A DNA stretch of 64,000 nt, from NCBI GenBank assembly GCA_965279515.1, contig CBDIID010000003.1:3488001-3552000 (forward strand), written 5' to 3'. The first letter of the stretch is position 1, and each line of letters opens with the position of its first letter. The stretch comes from Turneriella sp. (lineage in GTDB: Bacteria > Spirochaetota > Leptospiria > Turneriellales > Turneriellaceae). This document shows, piece by piece, positions 57,253 through 64,000 of this stretch. The notes beneath the pieces were generated by a model. That model was not told the origin of the DNA and did no database searches. It was given only the letters and a program-made list of their open reading frames with translations. The translations under genes were made by a program, and so were the position numbers.

Positions 57253-58608
57253 ATGTCTGAATTTCACATCGAAGGCGGCCACAAGATCGGCGGTACAATT
57301 ACCGCGCAGGGCAATAAAAATGAGGCTTTGCCTGTGCTCTGTGCCGCGCTCATGAACCCGCAGGGTGTAACGATACGCAATGTGCCGCAGATCGAAGACA
57401 TCAAGAACCTGCTTAAGATTATCGAAGCCGTGGGCGCGCAAATCACGCTGCTTGAAGACGGGCATTCGTATAAAATCACGACGCCGGAGATAAAACTCAA
57501 TGAACTTCCCCCTGAGCTTGCCGCGGGCCTGCGCGGCTCGGTAACACTGCTGGGGCCCTTGCTTGCCCGTGCGAAGAAGGTTTTTCTCCCCCGCCCCGGT
57601 GGCGACAAGATCGGCCGCCGCCGCGTCGATACACACCTGCTCGCGCTCTCGGCGCTCGGCGCCAAGGTTGAAGTTTTTAACGACGGCTATATGCTCGAAG
57701 CCGAAAAACTGACCGGCACAGCAATACTACTCGACGAAGCTTCGGTGACGGGCACCGAAAACGCCGTCATGGCCGCGGCCTGCGCGCATGGCGTGACACT
57801 GATTGAAAACGCGGCCTCAGAGCCGCATGTGCAAGGGCTTTGTCGTTTTCTCGAAAAGCAGGGCGTGAAGATCGAAGGCATCGGCAGCAACATGCTGCGC
57901 ATCCATGGTGTGGGTGGTTATGAAAATCTTAAGGCGGCCGATCACACGATCGGCGCCGATTATCTCGAGATCGGTTCTTTTATCGCCATGTCGGCAATGA
58001 CCGGCGGCGACCTGGTCATCCAGGATGTGAATCCGATCGATCTGCGGATGATCAAGTTTGTTTTCGAGCGCGTCGGCATCCAGTGGCGTTATCATGAACG
58101 TGCCCGGGTGCATGGAGGCACCGGGGGCGGCGCAGGCACGGATGCCGATGCGCCGCCGCAAGTTGATCTTGTGATGAAGTCCCCGTACAATCTGGAGATT
58201 CAAACGGATGCGCACGGTGAGATTCCGAAGATCGACGATGCGCCGTGGCCGATGTTTCCTGCCGACCTCATTTCGATTATTCTGACCGTCGCCACGCAAG
58301 CGGCGGGTACGGTACTTATACACGAGAAACTTTTTGAAAGCCGCCTCTATTTTACAGATAAACTCATGGGTATGGGCGCAAAGATTGTGCTCTGCGACCC
58401 GCATCGTGCGGTCATCATCGGACCATCCAAGCTCTACGGTAGCAGAATGACCTCCCCGGATATCCGCGCCGGTATGGCGCTCGTCATCGCCGCGCTCGCC
58501 GCGGAAGGCAAGTCGGTGATTCAGAACATTCTGCAGGTCGACCGCGGTTATGAAAATATTGATGCGCGCCTGAGAACTCTCGGTGCGCAGATTACGCGGG
58601 TTGCCTGA
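57253..58608 (+). CDS. murA: UDP-N-acetylglucosamine 1-carboxyvinyltransferase
   Basis: [44 protein letters not shown]. Confidence 0.97.
   Translation: MSEFHIEGGHKIGGTITAQGNKNEALPVLCAALMNPQGVTIRNVPQIEDIKNLLKIIEAVGAQITLLEDGHSYKITTPEIKLNELPPELAAGLRGSVTLLGPLLARAKKVFLPRPGGDKIGRRRVDTHLLALSALGAKVEVFNDGYMLEAEKLTGTAILLDEASVTGTENAVMAAACAHGVTLIENAASEPHVQGLCRFLEKQGVKIEGIGSNMLRIHGVGGYENLKAADHTIGADYLEIGSFIAMSAMTGGDLVIQDVNPIDLRMIKFVFERVGIQWRYHERARVHGGTGGGAGTDADAPPQVDLVMKSPYNLEIQTDAHGEIPKIDDAPWPMFPADLISIILTVATQAAGTVLIHEKLFESRLYFTDKLMGMGAKIVLCDPHRAVIIGPSKLYGSRMTSPDIRAGMALVIAALAAEGKSVIQNILQVDRGYENIDARLRTLGAQITRVA
58103..58157 (+). repeat. Double-hairpin ANGGA element within murA (sense)
   Basis: CCC(G)GGTGC-ATGGAG-GCACCGGG then GGCGGCGCA-GGC-ACGGAT-GCC-GA-TGCGCCGCC. 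Confidence 0.8.
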
Positions 58609-59954
58609 TGCAATTATTTGACGAAGAGGCAGAACAAGTCGTACTGGGGTCAATCCTGCAGTCGCCGTCGCTCTTCGAAGAAGTGGCGCAGGTTTTAAAG
58701 CCTGAGGATTTCTACTATGAAGGTCACCGGCTTATTTACGAAGCCATCTCTTCCGAAATCGATCGCGGCGAGCAGCCGAATGCCATTCTCATCATCAACA
58801 CGCTGAAAAATTTAAACCAGCTCGAGCGCGCCGGCAACCGTGCCGGCATTATGAACATTGCCTCGCTCGGCGTACTCGTCGGCGTTGCTTCGTTCACTGA
58901 AAAAATCCGCGATTATTCGCTGCGCCGCCGCCTGATCATCAATTTCCGCGAGCTTGAAAAGAAGGCGGGCGACACCGGTTTCAAACTCGATTCCGTTTTA
59001 ACGGATACCGAAGGTGCGCTCACTCACTTGGCCGATCGTTATTCGAGCTATAACATCCGCCATATTAAGGACACCAATAAGGAATTCCTCGAATTCTTAA
59101 AGCATGTGCGTGAATCGCACGATGGTATCACCGGCACCGCTTCGGGTTTCAAAAAACTCGATGAGATGACCGGCGGTTTTAAACCCGGACAGATGATCGT
59201 CATCGCCGCGCGCCCCGGTATGGGCAAGACGACGTTTGCGCTCAACATGGCGCTCAATGTCTGCATGGACAAAACGCGCCCCAAGGCCGTGGCGTTTTTC
59301 TCTCTTGAGATGACACGTCTTGAGCTCTTGCTGCGCCTCTTGTGCTCGCGCGCTTTTCTCGATTCGCAGAAGGTGCAGAAGGGCCGCATCAATGAAAAAG
59401 AAATGGCCCGCCTTGCGCACACGGCAAAAGAAATCTACGAATCTGAATTCTATATCGACGATAGCGCCGATCTCACGACGTGGGAGTTCAAGCAGCGTGC
59501 CCGACGACTCGGCCGCACCATCAAACAGCAGGGCAAAGATCTGGGCCTCATCGTCGTCGACTACCTGCAGCTCATGACCGACCGCGACCGCGCAGGCGAC
59601 GGGCGCCAGAACGAGGTCGCAGCGATCTCGCGCGCAATCAAACTCATCGCCAAAGATTTAGGCTGCCCGATTCTTGCGCTCTCACAGATGAACCGCTCGA
59701 TCGAGCAGCGCGGCAAAGACCCGCGTCCGCAGCTCTCTGACCTGCGCGAATCGGGTGCGATCGAACAGGACGCCGACATGGTTATCTTTATCCACCGCGA
59801 GTTCCAGGGCAAGGATGCGCCCGAAGATAAAAAAAATCTCGCGGAGATTATCATCGGCAAGAACCGCGGTGGTCCGCGCGACAGTTTTGAACTCGCATTC
59901 CTCTCAGACAAGAGCCTCTTCACCGACTACGAACCGGCGCCGCAACAGGGCTAA
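58608..59954 (+). CDS. dnaB: Replicative DNA helicase
   Basis: AEQ.VLG, AARPGMGKT, FSLEM, DYLQL, SDLRESGAIEQDAD, KNRGGP; TGATG overlap with murA. Confidence 0.98.
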   Translation: MQLFDEEAEQVVLGSILQSPSLFEEVAQVLKPEDFYYEGHRLIYEAISSEIDRGEQPNAILIINTLKNLNQLERAGNRAGIMNIASLGVLVGVASFTEKIRDYSLRRRLIINFRELEKKAGDTGFKLDSVLTDTEGALTHLADRYSSYNIRHIKDTNKEFLEFLKHVRESHDGITGTASGFKKLDEMTGGFKPGQMIVIAARPGMGKTTFALNMALNVCMDKTRPKAVAFFSLEMTRLELLLRLLCSRAFLDSQKVQKGRINEKEMARLAHTAKEIYESEFYIDDSADLTTWEFKQRARRLGRTIKQQGKDLGLIVVDYLQLMTDRDRAGDGRQNEVAAISRAIKLIAKDLGCPILALSQMNRSIEQRGKDPRPQLSDLRESGAIEQDADMVIFIHREFQGKDAPEDKKNLAEIIIGKNRGGPRDSFELAFLSDKSLFTDYEPAPQQG

Positions 59955-60047
59955 ATGCTCTCCATATCTCTACACGTCCCGTAACGGGCTGCGCGAACCG
60001 GTTCTAAAATATATATCCGCAATATTGGGAAACCCCGATTTGCCGCG

Positions 60048-61679
60048 ATGTCGTCGCTCCAACCCATTGAAAAAATTGCCGCATCGATTGGCATTCCTAT
60101 CGATCAGCTCAGCCTCTATGGCCGCCACAAGGCAAAGGTACCCTATACACTCTATGATGCCGGGCGCGCGAAAAAGAGCAATCTCATTCTCGTGACTTCG
60201 ACGACGCCCAACAAAGCGGGCGTCGGCAAAACAACGACATCAGTGGCACTCGGGCAGGGGCTAAAAAAAATCGGCAAGAATGGCGTGATTGCATTGCGCG
60301 AGCCGTCGCTGGGCCCCGTCTTTGGTATGAAGGGTGGAGCGACGGGCGGCGGAAAATCGTCGATCCATCCCTCTTCGGATATCAATTTGCATTTTAATGG
60401 TGACTTCCATGCGATCACGAGCGCGAACAATCTCATCGCCGCACTCGCCGATAATTTCCGCTACCACGACAAATCAGGCGACGGCCTGAAATCGATTCAA
60501 TGGAAACGCGCGCTCGACATGAACGACCGCGGCCTGCGTGCGGTGATTACCGGCCTTAATGGCAATGGCGGTGCGGCCGAAACGGGTTTTGATATCACCG
60601 CTGCATCGGAGATTATGGCGATTCTCTGTCTCGCGGCCGACGAGGCTGATCTCATGCGGCGCATTAACCAGATACTCATCGGTTACCGGCAGTCGAAAAA
60701 ACCATTCTATTTTTCGGAACTCGAGTCGACCGGCGCCGTCATGGCACTGCTTGCCGACGCGATGCATCCCAACCTCGTTCAAAGCGACGAAGGTGTGGCG
60801 GCCTTTGTGCACGGCGGGCCGTTTGCCAACATCGCGCACGGCTGCAATTCCCTCGCTGCGACGCGTTTGGCGATGACCTATGGTGACTATGCGATCACCG
60901 AAGCGGGTTTTGGCGCCGATCTCGGTGCTGAAAAATTTCTCAACATCAAGTGTCGTTTAGGCGGATTTCAACCGGCGGTGACAGTCATTGCCACCACTTC
61001 TATTTCGCTGAAGCTGCACGGCGGCTCGCCCGAATCTGAAATTAAAAAACCCAATGCCGATACGCTCAGGGTTGGCCTCAGGAACCTCGAACGCCACATC
61101 GAGAACCTCAAGGAATTCGGGCAGCAGGTGATTGTCGGTTATAACCGTTACGCTTTCGACGTACCGGCCGAGGTGAATTATGTGCGCGACTGGTGCGCGG
61201 AACGTGGTACACGTTTTGCCCTTAACGACGGTTATGCGTTGGGCGGTGAAGGCGCAGTGGCACTTGCCGAAGAAGTTATCGAGGCGATTGAGAAGAAAGA
61301 GTCGTCGCCGCTGAATTTTACCTACCAGCTGACGGATAAGCCCGAAGAAAAATTGCATAAGATTGTGACCGACATCTACCGCGGCGAATCCATTTCTTTT
61401 AGCCCGAGGGCAAAGGCAGTGCTGAAACGCCTTGAGGGTACGCCTGAAGCGGGGTATCCGGTCTGTATTGCGAAAACGCAGTATTCGTTTTCACAGAACG
61501 CGGCAGAGACCGGCGTCGCGGAAAATTTTAATATCCATTTTGAAGACCTGATTGTGAACCGCGGCGCGGAATTTCTTGTCGCAGTTGCAGGCGATATGCT
61601 GCGCATGCCGGGGCTGCCGAAAGAACCGCAGGCGAGAAAGATCGGTTTCAAAAACGGCGAGATTACAGGATTACTGTAA
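60048..61679 (+). CDS. fhs: Formate--tetrahydrofolate ligase
   Basis: G.GKTT, REPSLGP.FG.KGGA.GGG, HGGPFANIAHGCNS, TEAGFGADLGAEKF, AKTQYS, MPGLP. Confidence 0.97.
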   Translation: MSSLQPIEKIAASIGIPIDQLSLYGRHKAKVPYTLYDAGRAKKSNLILVTSTTPNKAGVGKTTTSVALGQGLKKIGKNGVIALREPSLGPVFGMKGGATGGGKSSIHPSSDINLHFNGDFHAITSANNLIAALADNFRYHDKSGDGLKSIQWKRALDMNDRGLRAVITGLNGNGGAAETGFDITAASEIMAILCLAADEADLMRRINQILIGYRQSKKPFYFSELESTGAVMALLADAMHPNLVQSDEGVAAFVHGGPFANIAHGCNSLAATRLAMTYGDYAITEAGFGADLGAEKFLNIKCRLGGFQPAVTVIATTSISLKLHGGSPESEIKKPNADTLRVGLRNLERHIENLKEFGQQVIVGYNRYAFDVPAEVNYVRDWCAERGTRFALNDGYALGGEGAVALAEEVIEAIEKKESSPLNFTYQLTDKPEEKLHKIVTDIYRGESISFSPRAKAVLKRLEGTPEAGYPVCIAKTQYSFSQNAAETGVAENFNIHFEDLIVNRGAEFLVAVAGDMLRMPGLPKEPQARKIGFKNGEITGLL

Positions 61680-61697
61680 CGCGCCGCTTTTTAGAGC

Positions 61698-61958
61698 TTA
61701 GTTACCGGTGCAGCGGCCCTGGCCTGTCGCGCTTTTCTCGCACTTGCCCGAACCGATGCAATCTGCGTCGATATTGCATTTTTTGCCGGTTTTACCCGAA
61801 CCGCCAAAATCAAATTCTTTCTTTTTGACGCAGACGCCGCCTGAGCATTCGAGGCCAAACGAACATTCGATATCCATGTTGCACTGCTCGCCCTTTTCTT
61901 TGTTGCCGGCGAAGAGGCCTGATGCTGCGATTAATGTGATCAGTATTATTTTTCTCAT
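61698..61958 (-). CDS. Small secreted 8-Cys two-repeat protein
   Basis: Signal; G..C..D..C.....C...G.C twice. Confidence 0.75.
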   Translation of the reverse strand: MRKIILITLIAASGLFAGNKEKGEQCNMDIECSFGLECSGGVCVKKKEFDFGGSGKTGKKCNIDADCIGSGKCEKSATGQGRCTGN

Positions 61959-62016
61959 GCGCTGCTGAACGCCGGCTGGAGCAGGGTGTCAAGCTCTCTG
62001 AGGGTGGTTGTCGCGC

Positions 62017-62229
62017 CTAACGGGGAAATATCTCTGCTTCCATCGACTCTGCTTCCAGGGTTTCGGTAAGCGGCCTGTCTGCCCCCCTGACGTTGTGGTC
62101 TGTCATGCGCGCCACATCGAAGGGGTGCACCTTGTCTTCATCCATCAGCATAGGGCGATTCCAGGCATTGCGCCACGCATGGCTGTGGTTGCCGGTAAGC
62201 TCTTCGGTTAAGGTATTCGTTACTTTCAT
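62017..62229 (-). CDS. Hypothetical protein
   Basis: GGAGG SD, ATG, upstream TATACT; 70 aa. Confidence 0.55.
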   Translation of the reverse strand: MKVTNTLTEELTGNHSHAWRNAWNRPMLMDEDKVHPFDVARMTDHNVRGADRPLTETLEAESMEAEIFPR

Positions 62230-62297
62230 GAACCCTCCCTGTCACGGACGCCTTTAGTATACTCAATGTAGCGTAAGAGGCGATTTTTTTGACGGAT

Positions 62298-62516
62298 TTA
62301 TTTTTGGGCAATGAGGTATTCGACGCCGGCCTTCACTTCAGATACTATCCGTCCCTTGCCGATCTGGAATTCAATCATCTTCTCGACCGCCGCCGTCGTC
62401 GCGTCGCGGTTCGCCACACCTTCCCGCGCAACGATAACTTCGATCAGTTTCGCTTTTGCCATACGGCGGTCGCGCGCCTGTTTTAGGGTGAGAAGGACGT
62501 CAGTGGCGGCGGGCAT
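62298..62516 (-). CDS. Hypothetical protein (possible winged helix)
   Basis: 72-aa helical ORF with beta-hairpin-like C-terminus. Confidence 0.55.
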   Translation of the reverse strand: MPAATDVLLTLKQARDRRMAKAKLIEVIVAREGVANRDATTAAVEKMIEFQIGKGRIVSEVKAGVEYLIAQK

Positions 62517-62571
62517 GCTGATACGATTGCTTCGTTAAATTGCGCGTCGAGCGAAATGGCAGTACAGAGTT

Positions 62572-63384
62572 TCAGGTCTCGTGGTATTCGAGGGGGTGCC
62601 GGTCTTGCGCGATTGTAATATGCAGCACCGGGGCTTCGAGTGGCGGGTGATGGCGCAGTTGCGGAAGGTAGAGCTGGTAGGCAGGCAGAAATTTTTCAAT
62701 ATAGGAGCGGATTTCCCCGTCAGACATTCCCGTCTTTCCCTGTGCACGCATATTTTTTTCGGCTTCGATGCGCCAGTCGACCGTGTATTTTATTTCCGCA
62801 GCTTCGATCATCACGAATGCATCGAGAAAAGTATACCAGCTTTGGTATGCCTTCAGAAATTCGTTTGGCTCGTGTAAAAAACGATCCCGCATTTCTGTGT
62901 CTGCAACGCCCGTGAAACCCAGCATCCAGCCTTCAAGCAATACCAGGTCGAGGGGCGGCGCAACCTCAGGCCATGTCTCTTCCGGTGCCCGATCGCCTTG
63001 GCCGCCGCAGAGCGATTTATCGTAACGTGGTATGTGGACTGCGGATTTGCCATCGTTGATGATATGCAGTGCTTGCAGAATTTTATTGCCCAGTGTGATA
63101 TCATGCGTGCCGGGATAGCCCCGTTGCTGCAGGTATGGGTTCTCCGGGTATCTCTGCGCCAGGGCGATCTGTTCTGTCCGCCTCAGGTAAAAATCATCGA
63201 TGGAGAGCGCGATTCCGCGTTTGCCTTCTGTTTCCAGTCTTGCCATCAGCTCGCGCGCGAGCGTTGTTTTTCCGCAGCCCTGAGGTCCGTTGAGGCCAAC
63301 GATGAGCGGCGGTGATCCGGGGGGGCTGCCGCGCAACAGGCGCAGGCTGAAGCCGGTCAGTAAATCCGCGCTGTTTTTATTCAT
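62572..63384 (-). CDS. GLYK-type D-glycerate 3-kinase-like P-loop kinase
   Basis: GPQGCGKTT, SIDDFYL, RG.PGTHD, PRYDKS...G.GDR, EGWMLGF, WR.EAE. Confidence 0.88.
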   Translation of the reverse strand: MNKNSADLLTGFSLRLLRGSPPGSPPLIVGLNGPQGCGKTTLARELMARLETEGKRGIALSIDDFYLRRTEQIALAQRYPENPYLQQRGYPGTHDITLGNKILQALHIINDGKSAVHIPRYDKSLCGGQGDRAPEETWPEVAPPLDLVLLEGWMLGFTGVADTEMRDRFLHEPNEFLKAYQSWYTFLDAFVMIEAAEIKYTVDWRIEAEKNMRAQGKTGMSDGEIRSYIEKFLPAYQLYLPQLRHHPPLEAPVLHITIAQDRHPLEYHET

Positions 63385-63419
63385 CGTTTACCCGATGACG
63401 TGAGCTGCTGATCTGATTT

Positions 63420-64000
63420 ATGTGCGATACATTTGTGGCGACGCCAAAATTTACCAAAACCGGGAATATAATCTTCGGTAAGAATTCCGACCGTGAGCCC
63501 AATGAAGCACAGGCGCTTATCCGCATTCCCGAACGTCGGCCCAAGGAACGCATGCTGCGTACAACCTATATCGAAATTCCCCAGGTCAAACACACGTACG
63601 AGGTTATGCTCTCGAAACCGTTTCAGATGTGGGGGGCCGAGATGGGGGCCAACGCGCATGGTCTTGTCATCGGCAATGAGGCGGTGTTCACCAAAATCAA
63701 GATACCGAATGAAAATACCGGGCTTACGGGCATGGACATGCTGCGCCTCGCGCTCGAGCGCTGCAAGACCGCCGGCGACGCCTTACGTCTCATCACGGAA
63801 TTGCTCGAACAATACGGCCAAAATGCCTGCGGCGGTTATGAGAATCGCAAGTTCTTTTATCACAACAGTTTTATTATCGCCGATAAAGACGACGCCTGGG
63901 TGCTGGAAACTGCGGGCAAACACTGGGCGGCGGTGAAAGCCGAAGGTTTCCGCTCGATCTCCAATGGCCTGACGATTGAGGGTGATTTCGATCTCAAAAG
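63420..64000 (+). CDS. Peptidase C69 / secernin family (truncated by window edge)
   Basis: Manual translation: MCDTFVATPK...FGKNSDREPNEAQ...WGAEMGAN..G.VIGNEAVFT...GMD.LRLALER. Confidence 0.92.
   Translation, partial: MCDTFVATPKFTKTGNIIFGKNSDREPNEAQALIRIPERRPKERMLRTTYIEIPQVKHTYEVMLSKPFQMWGAEMGANAHGLVIGNEAVFTKIKIPNENTGLTGMDMLRLALERCKTAGDALRLITELLEQYGQNACGGYENRKFFYHNSFIIADKDDAWVLETAGKHWAAVKAEGFRSISNGLTIEGDFDLK

Noticed and set aside
58608..59954. Intein in DnaB
   Set aside because: Normal length (448 aa) with contiguous motifs.
63381..63936. Track ORFs 63381-63659 and 63493-63936
   Set aside because: Shadows of the C69 peptidase starting at ATG 63420.

Overview
64 kb of a spirochete chromosome. 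Two FlaB-type flagellins, LipL45/FecR-like proteins, many spirochetal lipoproteins and an Asp-type MurA suggest Leptospiraceae, probably Turneriella-like; this is inferred and was not checked against a database. Housekeeping loci are flaB x2, rnpB, obgE, dapA-dapB, murA-dnaB and fhs, interspersed with secreted, lipoprotein and signalling genes. No prophage, integrase, transposase, CRISPR array or rRNA/tRNA gene was recognised. Most notable: (1) a family of ~55-75 nt double-hairpin elements with ANGGA(N) (CsrA-site-like) loops, inserted in frame in four unrelated genes (including murA) and once in the flaB intergenic region; (2) four tandem phage tail-collar/short-tail-fibre-like genes with signal/TM leaders and hypervariable tips, lying between a Trp-tailed lipoprotein and an ECF sigma/FecR pair, with no phage genes nearby; (3) a ~400-nt densely structured RNA upstream of the second flagellin; (4) a sphingolipid/sterol-scavenging neighbourhood in which two genes share a putative AraC operator; (5) a recurring TTGAC box 33-34 nt before start codons, suggesting leaderless mRNAs; (6) an integron-cassette-like gene flanked by attC-like palindromes.
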